Assembly (NCBI GenBank): GCA_024704765.1
Contig: JAKMXF010000111.1
Location: forward strand, 1,623,627 to 1,687,626
DNA: 64,000 nucleotides
Direction of reading: 5' to 3'
Source: Oopsacas minuta
Taxonomy: Eukaryota > Animalia > Porifera
How positions within the stretch are numbered: position 1 is the stretch's first letter; every line of letters begins with the position of its first letter. The position numbers were made by a program, and so were the translations under genes. Shown piece after piece: positions 38,207-51,742 of this stretch. The notes under the pieces were generated by a model. The model was not told where the DNA came from. It did not search any database and was given only the letters and a program-made list of their open reading frames with translations.

Positions 38207-41200
38207 TGTGAATATTAAATAAATATAGTTATACATACGCATTGTAATAAATCACACACATACTATGTAGTATTGTTAGCATTGAGGACTTTAGACAAAT
38301 ATGTTGGATCCTCATATAGCTTGGTTATCTTTACTTGAAGATCCTATAAGTATGTTAGCAATTAAGTAATATATTAGAAATACAACATCACATAAAAATA
38401 GGGAATATGACGTAAAGTAATAAATCTAATCATTATCTAAGTAAATATATTATATGTAATAGAATGTTTCAAAGAATTTCGGTCAAATGAATGTCAGCTA
38501 GGAGTCTACTCCCACCTGATCATTCATAGTAGTGCCCCTAAGAGAATTATGAAGTACGTATATATCTGAAAATAGGATCAATCCACAGCCTACTATTATT
38601 TACCATAAAGATTTTAATATTCAGGATTGTTTCGTAAGAGATATCATACCAAAATATTATAAATTAAGTATTGGAAATCGGGGTATATACTATGTATAAA
38701 TCAATTCGGCCATATAATGATTTTTGTTTATCATTGATAGGATAAGATTTCGACATAAATGAAGTTTGTCAATAATAGCCATCCATGGTCAATATTAGAA
38801 CTCAAGAATGTGCCAACTTTATCATGGATTCTTGATATTTTTGTATATATTTTATGCAAAAGCACCCTGAGATCATTTCATATATTAACTTTGAAATTAA
38901 AGATGCGATATTTAACTTCAAAGATTGAGCACACCATTTCCTATAAATCCTCTAATTTTGGACTAGGGATCAGTTAGTGCAATGTACAGAAATATTATAT
39001 GAATATACGGAATTGTTTTCCATCTCAAAAATAGTACATTTATGCCCAAGTTCACGTTGTTAGGGGGAACAGATGGGACAATGCTCCACCTGACAAAAAC
39101 TTGTACCCCGTAGAATTCCCCCTGGTAAACGGTAAACTCGTGCCCCGGGGCATGCTCATGCCCCTTGGCTCAAATTGCAACTAGTAATATGTTAAAATTT
39201 AGTTATGAACTTGTGGAGGCAGCTCCTCTGCCATAGGATTTTTCCTGGATCCGTTTCTGATTTAGGCCAAACACAAATTCATGAGCGTTAATGTGAGTAT
39301 TGACATTATAAATCTTGACTCAAAGTGAAATATGCGGAATTGAACAAACAAGATCAAATTCCACATTTAGATTTCTGGTTTTGGATTGTATTCGAGGAGA
39401 GTTGATATGACAGATTCGCATAGGTACGTAGTTGGGGATGAAAATATTATTTTCAGCACATATAATTAGCAATTCGTGGGTAGGAAGAATACTGCACCAA
39501 GCGATTAATATGTCTTCCTTTTCGAAAGTAGTTTTGACTGTTGAGTTATTGAAGTCAATAAACTCTCTTCTTACAACTCTAATGGAAGATTTCCTTGTTT
39601 AATATGAAAAGTATTCTAACCATATAAAATTCTTATCTTTTCTAAATGAATATTAAATGTTGAGGTATAATTGGAAGTGTAACATGTGAAATATCAAAAT
39701 TATCAGGGTAGTTAAACTATCATAGATTTTAAGTATCCATGGTTCTAGAAATATAGGTAGTTAATCTGTCACACAACATAACAAAATAAGTCGAAAAGAT
39801 CATCAATTGTTTCGTTGACGGAAAGTTGGTCGCGGATTAATAGTATCAGGAAAATCTGTCACGAATAATAATTGCCGTTGTTCCAGGTCATTTGGGGCTC
39901 TCATATCTTGGTTGGAGTGGGGATTTTACCCTCGATTAGTGTTTATACTTGATTCGATGTTTCAGCGACTAATTTCCCAAGACCAATTTCCCCACGACCA
40001 ACTCTTGGCCATTCCAATTGTTTACATCCTTAGAGAGTAAAAATAACTCGATAAGACAAAATACAAAATATACTATTACCTTATAAGGGTATTACGAAAA
40101 ACAATGTGTACAAAGACCTCAGGACAAAAATAACTGATAAATTACAAACCAGATATCGAGCCTAATAAAATTGCATGGTATTGAAAACGATCGATCAGTT
40201 TAACTCCTATAAATAACTCGCAATTAATCGAAAAATATAATCGGATATATAGAAGGAAATTCAACAATGGATATACTTCAGTGGTTTTCGGCGACGTGTA
40301 TTTCAGCAAGATGTTCTAGCAACGACGACACTGTTCATTTGATAATCTGATTAGTTCAGAATTGTATTCCACAGAGTTAGTTACTCCTGACAATTTCATG
40401 TCAATGAGAATTTAGATTACACACTTTAGGACAGGATAGACTTCGCGAAAATGTCTTGATTTCGCCAAAAATCGCTCAAGAGTAATTGAAATAAAAATCG
40501 AAATACTTTCCCTAATACCAAGTACACTAACAAAACACAAATAATTCAAAACCATTAAAAAAGTCATTTTCTGTTAGAGCCTACCTTGGTGTAGTGTGTA
40601 TTCTGTAACATTTTGAATTAGAGTGATTGAAGACCTAAAGATCAGAAAATAAAGCTTAAGGTCATCATTTTAATAACCTTTTTTACTATAAGAGACCTGT
40701 TGAATGAGATATTGACCTTTCTATTAAAGGAACCATGGATGCATTCTACTTTAATCTCAGTGAGATATTTACCCACTTATCACATGACGTTATTGTCATC
40801 AATGGATGACATCTACAAAATATATCGCTCATTAAACCACAACAAGCACCGAATGTTCAATGTATATTTCATTATTAATTTGATGATCAACGAGTATTTG
40901 ATTGGATCCTATTATCATTGTCAATATCACTACAGTAAGTATATAATGAATATACTGTTGGATGAAAACTCTGCATTTATCTAATGTAACAAATTTATGA
41001 CTACAGTGAGAAATGGTCATTATTATAGGGGGTCAATATCTCATGCAACAGCTCTAATTATGTAAGCGGGGGCGCCATTTAATCCATTTAACTTTTACCC
41101 CCATGGCGCTTAACCTAGAAGGGCGCCTGAATTAGAGCGAATAGGGTATATATCAGTTGAAAGCAAGTCTATACCTATATTTAGAGATTTGGATTTTATA

Positions 41201-44200
41201 GAAATGTATGGACATATAGATCTCTTGAATTTTACATGTATGAAAATATGATTAATCACCAAAGGTGTGAAAATATATAAATATCAGATGCACAACTAGA
41301 TGCCGCTACGAGTATACATGCAAATTTGGTGTCTTAATCTCTAAAGGTGTGAACAGGAGAGTGAAAACATATATATATACCACAGGCTACGTAACCATAG
41401 CCTGTGTTCACTGACCATATATTTCATGTACCATGGACTACTTCAAGTCTATTATATTTGGTAAGCAATTTTAATAGACTTGAAGTAATGCATGGTTATA
41501 ACCAGTGAGATGTCTATAGTTACGATGTCTGTGTATATATACCCAGTGTTGCAGCGATCCGGGAATTTCATGGACCAGACCGATAGCATAAACCTGGTCA
41601 ATTCGTGTTCAGCCACCCTAATGCTTTTGGCAAAAAACTTAGGGTAAGCAACATTTAAGAAAATATCATGATATCTAGGAATAGTGTCTACCTCTATCGC
41701 GGTAGATGTTAACATGTTCCAAGTGTCAACATCTACCCTAGCATATATACCAAGTGAACAGTATTAGCACTGAGACACTATACTATAAAGTATAGTCGGC
41801 ACAGTAAATATCCCGGCGGTACAGGAAAATATCCTGGGATCATACATTTTTAAGCGAAATTCCAGGGGGGAGGGGCGCTAGAGTCTAAAATGATAAATTC
41901 CTGGGAGATTCTTCTCCCGGATTCCTTATAGGCAACATTGATCTATTGTGTTGATTCAATGTAAATAAATTTAAGAATGGATAAACTTGAGCAATGATAC
42001 AAATTCTCCCCCTTGGAGAATTTGTAGCTTTGATGTATAGGTACCTCCCTGTCGCCAAGAAAGAAGAAAATTGTATTCTAGGCGAAATAACTTTAATATT
42101 GTAAAAATGGATACAAATTTAAAATATTAACTACCATCGAAGTGAAATGTCATAACAAATGTATGACAACGATTGTTCTACACTATTCGGTGATTTTCAA
42201 AGTCTAATATGTGTCAAACAACAAATTTGAAATTTCTTTATTAGTTCCGTTCAGTGAGTAAGGAAGCCCAGAATTTTACAATATTGTATGTGTTGTTATG
42301 TGCTTATATAATTTCTCTATACGACGTTTTCTATATTGCAAGGAATCCGAATACAGTAAATCATAATTAAATACTCGAATATTATCAGTAATCAGTATTC
42401 GCTAAGCTATTCACGAATACTGATATTCGGTTTGAGCTGTTTCAACTTTGCTATAACCCCATTTTTAGAATATTACTATTTTCGTTGACGTTTGTCAAAC
42501 ATCTTAGGTTTATAGTGGTGGTTGGATTCTTTAGGCTCAGTAACTCAGATAAATCTGATGGAAATGTGAATAAGAATTATTTTGATTATCAAATCATGTT
42601 GTTTAGCCGAGAGTTAGTTAAAGTCAGACAAATCAGATGTACCATAATATAATATCTATACAAATAGGTAGCATAATCGTGTAATATGAACTAAATAGTG
42701 AATAAGTCAGCAGTTCCCAATTAGTGGTCCCCGGACGACAGCAGCATATTCACAGGATATCATTGCAGTATGTGGGAAGGGGCAACACTTTACAGATTGA
42801 TTCAGTAGATAACATTAACGAGATTCTATAGAGCTCTATCATTTGTCTTCGCATAAAATTTCTTTTCTTGCAAATATATACCAAATACATATTGTAAATG
42901 AATAATGCGTTAAGAGATAAAACAATGTCACCACTCCATACTGGATAATATAGTTCATATAAGTATGATCGGCGGGGGCCCCGCGCTCTGCCACCTAAGA
43001 GTGTCTAGGTGTTGCGCTACTGCCTGTTATATCAGTTCAACTCCGTACCTTGACGGAACAACTACATCTATTACTACAACCATGGATTCAATTTAGCTAT
43101 AGCAAATACTTTCAATACTTGCTTTATAATTAATTACCAGTGGAGCCCTATAACAAAACACGTACTGAAATCTCGATTTGGGTGCGGGAGTCGGTTAAAA
43201 CAAAGTGGTAAAATTATCGAAAAAATCCTGGTTGTATTAAAATCGAAAAATCACATTGATATTCACCCATTTAGCTATTTAGAAACTAAAATTAATAGCA
43301 ATTTTTTGATTTTTGACCTAAAATACTAGTTGAGTCCCAAAATTTGACGAATTAAATTCAAATTAGATACAGAGAGTATCCTAGGATCAAAACTGGGAAC
43401 AATACCGGTGTTCCGCCCGTATTTTCTCACTTTTTCAAAATTCATTTTGAATTAGCCAGCCCCTTAGTGACAAATATCAACAGAAAAATTCGAATAAAAA
43501 TATAGCACACTGAAAATAAAATTTTGTTGAATTTCCAACCAAATTCAACAAAAAAAGTCCCAATTAGCTCCATACAGGGATAGGACAAATAGGTTTGCAC
43601 TTGGAAGGTATGTATATCACTAAAAATATTGAATATACGCATCAAGGTTTGTATTGATTATATAAACGCTTTTGAAAAGGTCCAGAATGTCTGACAAGTA
43701 TCTAGTAAAGAGAGGGTCATAATTTAGTGAACAAAGGCACAGGGGATTTTGCCCCCCTCTCGACACTAATGAGTTAACATGTAGGTTATTATCATAAATA
43801 CTAGTATCATATTACCTGTGGACCTGGCCATATGGGCAGGTTATGGCCTGGTCGGAAAATTTCTGCCCAGATTTGGCCTGGTCAGTTTACATTACTGGCA
43901 CGGCCCTCCTAATAAGAAAACAAATCAAATATTATACATAGCAGTAACAAGCAGAACCGAGAGAGAATTACAACTAATAATATTCGACTAATTATATATA
44001 TATATATACAAATAATAGCCCACGCGGCAACGCCTAGGGTAGTCTTATTGTATCACCAAATCATAATTAATTGGTGAATACATTATTGAAAACAGTACAA
44101 AAAGACTCAAACGTCATAAATGTAATCTTGACTCTACTCAGATCTTAAAGTGTCAATCGATTCTTCAACATTGATTTCTATACCGACTATATGTATGTAG

Positions 44201-44319
44201 ATAAATCATGTGAATTGCACCAGACCCAAAATAATAGCCATTCGCGAGCTGCCACGTTTGCAATTGTCTTTCAGGGCTACCCTACTCGTATCTTGGTTCT
44301 GACATCCCTGTTTTAGATA

Positions 44320-44792
44320 CAGTCAACTCCGCTTAATCGGGACACATCGGTTCCAGGCAATTTGTCCCGAATAAGCGGAGAATTTCTATTAATGACACTA
44401 TGTATATAGTAGTGGTTCTTTTTTTTGAGTGAAAGGCCTCAAAAACCAATTTCTCTATTGTAAGGTGTAGGCATAATGGCCCAAAGTACAAAATTTGAAA
44501 TTTGAGGATCGTTGACGTCTTCCGTAAAACAATATTGATAATAATCACTAGCATATCAAATTAGAATTGTACCAATTAAGGGGAAATTTGTCCCAATTAA
44601 ATTATTTAGCTATTAGAAATTGCTCAGATCAAAAGGAATTTCGTCTTAATCAAGTTACTAATTTCCCTCGATTAGCGGAATTTATCCTGATTAACCGAAA
44701 GTTTTTGAATTAACATTGATGTAGGTAATCCGTTCCTGGAGATTTGTCCCACCTCCCGATTAACCGATGTCCCAATTAAGCCCAGGTGACTG
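44320..44792. mobile_element. pogo-type MITE
   Basis: TA|CAGTCAACTCCGCTTAATCGGGACA ... TGTCCCAATTAAGCCCAGGTGACTG|TA. Confidence 0.8.
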
Positions 44793-45759
44793 TATTGTAA
44801 CTTTAAGATAGCAATGAACTTACTAAAATATTTGGCAGTGAGTTGAAGTGCGATAAGATATAGACCAGAATAAGTGTATTTTGTTGCCTTGAATAGTAGC
44901 TGATTGGGTATAAAGCTAGAACAAGTAAGAGCCATAATATTAGTACAATGGATTCATTCACATATAATAGAAGAGTAGTACAGGGGAGTTAGGTGGAGCG
45001 GTGCTCCCTCATTAATTTCCAAGGGCGACATGTTCCCCATAATTCACCTGAGGAAGCTGCTATCCCAGGATTTATGTGAAGAACGTTAATTAAACCTAGT
45101 AGATTAACCATAAACCACGTGTCTTCATTGATTGGTATTCATTTAACCGATTACGGCCGAAGTGTTATGTTCATAATGGAAAGGAACACTAAAAATTTAT
45201 CACTTCGTTTTAACCAATTTCCACACCAAAACGAGAGTTAGCACCTTTTTGACGTCATGAAGTCGCCCATTTTCCCGGCAGTATTCGGAGAATTATGCTC
45301 CACTAGCTAAATGGAAGTATGGAACCCTATAAATACTAAATATCTTGAATAAGCTAATAAATTCATAATAATTCTCATAAAAATTATCATGTGAATGAAA
45401 TAACAATGGTACTTTATCTATGTTAAGAGTATACGAGTCGCTTCGCTTGCTCGCGCTCTGGGATTGCGAACACTCTGTTTTCGCATATAACTCGGCACTT
45501 CGTGCATGGATATTTCGAAAATGTTTTGAAAAAAACTCAATCACAAGATTTTTTGTAAGTGTGATCTTATAATTTGGTGTCATAACTTTATATTCCAAAA
45601 TTCTTATATAATTGATAATATTATTGGCATTTACCATAACAAGTTCACAAAATCACGAATAAGTTTGGCTGTGTTATGGAGTGTTTGTGAAATTGGCCTC
45701 ACAAACTAAATTATATATACATTTAGGAAAACCTTCAACATCTTCATTGCATTTATATC

Positions 45760-46534
45760 TATTCCAGACCTTCAAAAAGCCAGAGTGAGATGATTTAACA
45801 ATTTGTTCTGAGACATACCCAGACACTTTCCCGTAAGAAGGTAGTGTTGATCAAAAAGTACAATGTGGCGGCAAACAACATGGACTTTGGTTGAACATGG
45901 TAGCCCTGTTCTTTTCAAAGCCTCTTCGAATTGATGATTTTGATCAATGTATTCAGTTTCAATATTTTGTCCGAAGCATGATGCATCCACATCACTAAAT
46001 CTCTTCAGGGCAATGAAGGCAGAGTTTGAAGGGGAAAAGCCAGTCCATTACACATCCTGAGCAGTTTACGTATTGCATTTCTAAGTAGAGATAAGTACGT
46101 GAGTATCTCTTCCTCAGACATTGCTGTTAGTATGGCATCATACAAATTTTGTCCCACTCTTAACATCAAATTCAACTCTGGAATATTGAATCTATCCATT
46201 GTATTTGACGTCCAGATGCATAGATACCGCCCTGACATCTCTCTATTAATGTGTTGATGTCATTACATATTACCCTAAAAGTTTCCTTAAATATCTCCTG
46301 TTGCAAATGATGACGAAAGCCACATCCTATAACAGTATACAAATAAATTAGTGAATAAATACAAAATCTCGTTATAATTAAAGGTTTCACATTCAAAACT
46401 CCTGAAATCGTAACTAAAGAGTTGACAGCTAATTTAGATATGACACCAAATTTTAAATCACATTTGCAAAAAGTTTTGTGATGGAACAATTTTTTCAAAA
46501 CAGTATTGAAATCTACATAAAATTCTGTTTCCAA
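45760..46534 (-). mobile_element. Transib/Chapaev-like DDE transposase relic
   Basis: Frameshifted fragments DRFNIPELNLMLRVGQNLYDAI, RKLL, STKVHVVCRHIV and LG..SEQIVKSSHSGF follow the recalled PELH..G / KVH / SEQ..ES.H motif order. Confidence 0.6.
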
Positions 46535-46994
46535 CTTGTAAATTCGTAGGGTACGTATTTTTTTTTACCGAGATCACGATTTCAGAGACCCGTGAATTAG
46601 GGGATTCAACAGTTCGTGGCTATGCACTGTAAATATTATTTGACCTTTCAATTGTTATTTTGTTAATTTCAATATGGAGCTATGTTCAACGCTCTCTCAG
46701 ACTTTAGTTTGGCAAAAATTTATCTATTATTTTTAGGTTTCAGCTATTTTGCCATTGCCATTTAAGACCAAAGGTTTTTATGGCTTCCAAATTTCATTAA
46801 ATTATCTACTGAAATATATAAAGCCTAAAAACAGATTATTACTCAACGATATTTCAATATATGTTCTCAACAATTTTAACACTAATAAATTTACTGAAGT
46901 AAGTTTGAAATCAACAATCAAGAACTGAATTCTTCGATTTGGTGAAGGCAGAGCGTCGATTGGACATGACCTTAGGAAAGGGGCACGAATATTA

Positions 46995-49900
46995 TGTAAC
47001 AGAGTTGATTGAGTAAATTAACTGACATAAGTTATTCTCTATTGGAGATTATGAAATAATAGCTATATATTCATGTGGTAAATTGTTATGAGCTTTTCTG
47101 GTTATATGTATCAATTATTTTAGTTCTTTAACTTTAAGTAACTTGGGTACATAACATTGGTAGCAGAGAGTGGTTATTTAGAAATGGCTGAGAATCAGTC
47201 AGCAATGCCCAGCATCTTCGAGTCAGGGGATTTTAACGAATGGTTGGAACACTTCGAAATATGTTCAATGGCTAATTGGTGAACACAGGAACAAAGGTCA
47301 CTCAAATTAGCAACCAGGCTTCAAGGTGAAGTATTAATTGCGTATAAGGACGTTCCAATGGATGATAGAAAGGATTACGGATTAATTACTGTTGCTCTTC
47401 AAAAAGCTCTAGTGCCAGAAGAAGAGAAATTCATTGCAATGGACTCGTTTCACAAGAGATTCCCAGAGAGTCAGTACAAGTATACGCTTATGAATTGAAA
47501 AAATTGATTAATCGGGCACTCCCTGATTTAGCATCAGAAGCCAAAGAACAACTCTTATTCCATCGATTTATCACGGGATTGCCGGCACAAATGTCCAGAA
47601 AAATTCAGTTAAAACCTCGATAAAGACTCTTGAAGATGCAGTTAGAAAAGCGAAAGTGTTAATTACTTACGAGAGCAAACAATTAGAATATACACTCAAA
47701 AATTCAGGAAGGACAGTTAAAGCAAGAAACATTAGAAATATAGAGTCCTGAGACACGACTTGCCAATTTAGAACAATCTATTTCAGAATTATATTATCAA
47801 ATAGTAACTCTAAAGCCCGAATGGTTGTCTACAGTCACAAGGCCAATGTGCACAGCAGCTGTAACCGAATCAAATAACAGGAAATCAATCGTATGTTTCA
47901 ATTGTGGAAGGAAGGGTCATATCGCACGCAACTGTAGAAAAAGGTAATGCAAGGTGCTAAACACATATTCTACATGCTTAACATGCGGTAGTTCTTCTCA
48001 TCTAGTCAAAGATTGCCCACACATTCCTTTAAATATGAATGATCGAAATGTTAAGCCGGCATTCCGATCCGTAATCAATATCTTCGGTTAAGAAAGAAAT
48101 GCAAGGGCGATTGGGGAAGAAGTTTCATCAATCGCTGTAGAAATATTAGCTGCAAAAACGGTTCTGGTTTCTGGTAAACTCAACTCAATCAATACTACTC
48201 TTATGCTAGATCCTGGATCATCAGTTAGTTTGATAACGATGAATCTAGCATTGTTAGCAAGAAGTGGCAAATTTACTCACAAAACATTTCCTAGTCTTGT
48301 CATAGCAAATGGCTTCAAGGAAGAGTCAAGCTTCAAGTAACCATGGGATTACTGGAGTTTATCAAGATTTTTCATAACTCCAACTTTAATTTGTGACGTA
48401 TTATTATTGGGAGTAGATTTTATAATGAAAAACAAATTGGAATTGGACTTCAAAAGAGCTGCATACAGAATCACCAACTGGGCAGGGTCAAGATGCTCGG
48501 AGCATGTGAGAGGGATAGAGAACTTGTATGCGTTTCTACGGAAGAGGATCAGGACACTATAATTGTCTATCAAACTACCGATGACGATCAACTAGAGGAG
48601 GGTTGCACGGTTCCGATGTATACCAAGGTGGCAACTAATGAGATACCGCCCCACCTGTTCTGAAGATTACAGTGACATATTGTCCTACTATAAGGAGTTA
48701 TTTTCATCCCTTCCAGGAACTACACAAGTTACTACTCACAGATTTCCTGTCACCGACAAGTTACCCGTAAGATAACCTGCTCGATTCATTCCTCAGAATT
48801 ATAGAGCCGAGATAAGGAACAAATTTTCTGAAATGTTGGAGAGAGAGGTATCATAACAGAATCGAGCAGCCCATATTGTTCCCCTGCTGTATTTGTAAAG
48901 AAAATAGTGGAGATTTGAGAATCTGCATCGATTATCGTCGACTAAATGCCAAAACCTAGGATTCTTATCCTTTACCACTACCAGACGAAGTACAAGAAAG
49001 AATCGAGGGTAGTGAAGTATTCTCAAAATTGGATCTTATTAGCGGATACTGGCAGGTTCCACTACATTGTAATGATCGTGAAATGTCAGCGTTCTCTCCA
49101 GGAATGGGATTGTATCAGTTTATTGTAATGCCATTTGGACTTACCAATGCTCCTGGAACATTTCAAAGAATGATGGATTCTGTTTTACGAGGACTGGAAG
49201 AATTTAGTTTTCTATTTGTTGACGATATTTAATATTTTCGCCTGATGGTGCATAACATCGAAATCATTTGTCGAGAGCTTACGAAGAATTCAAAAAGTTG
49301 GTTTAACACTGCGAGGATATAAATGTGAGGTTGAATATTTGGGTCACGTATTTCAATAAGTGGTATGGCTCCAAACCCTTCCCGAATGTCGACAATCAGA
49401 GAATAGCTTCGTCCTCAAAATCCAAGGATGTTCGTCTATTTCTTAGACTAGCCAACTATTACCGTCGTTTTGTGAGGAATTTTTCAAATATTGTGAGTCC
49501 ATCGAATCAACTATTTCAGAAAAATACATCATTTGATTGGCATTCAGATGCGAGAACTCGTTCAAAGACCTTAAGTATTGTTTAGAGAAGCTCCCGTTCT
49601 AAGATGTCCATCTATTGATAAATAATACTCATTGTATACAGATGCTTCAGGGGTTGGTATTGGAGCCGTTTTGGAACAGGATGATAGAGTTATTGTATAT
49701 TCGAGTAAACTTTGAATGCTGCAGAAAAGAAGTGTTTAACGATTGAAAGAGAATGGTTTGCACTTGTGAATGCGTTGAAGAAATTCAGACAGTACCTATT
49801 GGGAAAACACTTTACGGTATACTGTGACCATAAACCCTTGGAATGGTTATCGGAACAAAGAAATGTTGCAAAGCTCAGCAGGTAGGCACTAGCAATCCAA

Positions 49901-50010
49901 GAATATGATTTTCCTATTCGGTATCGTCCCGGTAGAACAAATTCTAATGCAGATGCGCTTTCTCGGAGGGAAAGCACATCTGCATTAGAATTTGTTATTT
50001 CACATTGGCA
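46995..50010 (+). mobile_element. Truncated Gypsy/Ty3-type LTR retrotransposon (5' LTR, PBS, gag, protease, RT, RNase H; no integrase or 3' LTR seen)
   Basis: TGT...ACA LTR candidate 46995-47156 and PBS 47158-47168. gag starts at the ATG at 47184, with two CCHC knuckles (47894, 47975). Protease LDPG at 48206. RT motifs LDLISGYWQV, MPFGLTNAPGTFQR and FVDDI. RNase H motifs YTDASGVGIGAVLEQ, DHKPLEWL and NADALSR. Many stops and frameshifts. Confidence 0.92.
47158..47168 (+). promoter_or_regulatory. Primer-binding site complementary to the 3' end of initiator tRNA-Met
   Basis: TGGTAGCAGAG begins one base after the LTR end and is the reverse complement of the animal tRNA-iMet 3' end (...CUCUGCUACCA). 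Confidence 0.8.
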
Positions 50011-50063
50011 TTAACCTTATTAAAACCCAAAATATTTGCATAATTATACATTCTGATTATATA

Positions 50064-50975
50064 CAGTCAGGGGACAAAAGTATTCGAACACAAATATATT
50101 GTCATAAATTGTATACTCTTTCCCGCTCCTATATATTGTGTAGTCTATATTCGTAGCTGCTATCTAGTAATTTGTATAGAATAACATATGTTTTTCAAGA
50201 ATTTCAAAAAAATATTTTCGATTTACACTTTTTGAAGGTGTTAATTATAATAATTATTAGATAATTATTGATAATCAAAATATGTGGTAATTCAAAGCCT
50301 ATTAAGAATCTATAATTTCTGACTTGATATTTGAATTCTACGTAGGCGAGTTACCCCAGATTGAAATTTCCAATCGGATTGAACAATTTTTACCAGAGTT
50401 ATAGGTGAAGTTCAATTTGTGCCATTTGTGCCACCTTTTGCCCAAGGTGGCACAAGTGGCCGCTACCAAGAGGTTATTTTGGAATTCAAGGGTTAGCATA
50501 GTCATATTATTCGAAAATATTACTTCGACTTATTCCTCCTAACTCTAGTTGATTTCCTTGTAGTGACGCTTTTTCCTGCCACCTGTGCCACTTTTTCAAA
50601 AAGTGGCACAAGTGGGACAAATTGAAATTCTTTTATAACTTTGGTAAAAATTGTTCAATCCGATTGGAAATTTCAATCTGGGGTAACTCGCCTACGTAGA
50701 ATTCAAATATCAAGTCAGAAATTATAGATTCTTAATAGGCTTTGAATTACCACATATTTTGATTATCAATAATTATCTAATAATTATTATAATTAACACC
50801 TTCAAAAAGTGTAAATCGAAAATATTTTTTTGAAATTCTTGAAAAACATATGTTATTCTATACAAATTACTAGATAGCAGCTACGAATATAGACTACACA
50901 ATATATAGGAGCGGGAAAGAGTATACAATTTATGACAATATATTTGTGTGTTCGAATACTTTTGTCCCCTGACTG
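50064..50975. mobile_element. 912-bp foldback MITE, Tc1/mariner type, with about 340-370-bp near-perfect TIRs
   Basis: TA|CAGTCAGGGGACAAAAGTATTCG...CGAATACTTTTGTCCCCTGACTG|TA. Arms 50064-50403 and about 50634-50975 are almost identical reverse complements. Confidence 0.95.
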
Positions 50976-51742
50976 TATAGTATCACTTATTGTTTGTCAC
51001 TTTGTAATCTAGGAACGTATCCCAACTATTCTCATTCAACTAATGTCTTGCCGTTCGCGATTTGGCCATTCACGCAATTCTCAGGAACGTAACCCCCGCG
51101 AACGGCGAGGGCTGCATGCATACGTTATACATCTTAGGTTTGGAGAATATTTATTAAACTCATGGGTTGGTCTTAACATATTTCAAGCTATAATCTAATC
51201 TTTCCAATTTCTTCCCAAATCAAGCTTAACTATCTATATTAAAGAGTACTCTTACTTAAATTTGAATGTAAACAATCCATTTTCAGCATCGATTTACTAT
51301 AAACAAATAATGTCATATGACTAGATAGTGACTACATGTCTATTTCCCATGAAGTGTTCATTTAAGCCAGTGTGGCATGATATTTCGAAAACCACGCACC
51401 TCCCCGGGTGCGTACTGCACCGCAAACCCAGATAAAGCCCTACTCCATTGTTTTGAGATATGGGCAGGAAAAATTTCCATTAAAGAAATCTTCCTCAAAA
51501 GGAGATCAACTTTTCTGAAATATTCCAAACATCCTACACACATGAAACATGAATTACATATCATTCATGTCTCAATATTTATTATAGGATAAGTAGATCA
51601 ATGAACATTATTAACGAAATTAAGAAGTCTGATATAGGTGCGGCGTCATCCTGTAATGCATAATGCATATATGGACACTTTCAGAATGGCTAGAAAATAA
51701 CAAAATACCTAAATACACTAAAGCTTTAACAATAATCAAATA

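Noticed and set aside
47158-47175. tRNA gene
   Set aside because: Only an 11-nt complement of a tRNA 3' end (a PBS); no cloverleaf.
51358-51592. Overlapping 68- and 71-aa ORFs downstream of SNRNP200
   Set aside because: Short, with no motifs and no supported splice chain; probably 3' UTR or intergenic.
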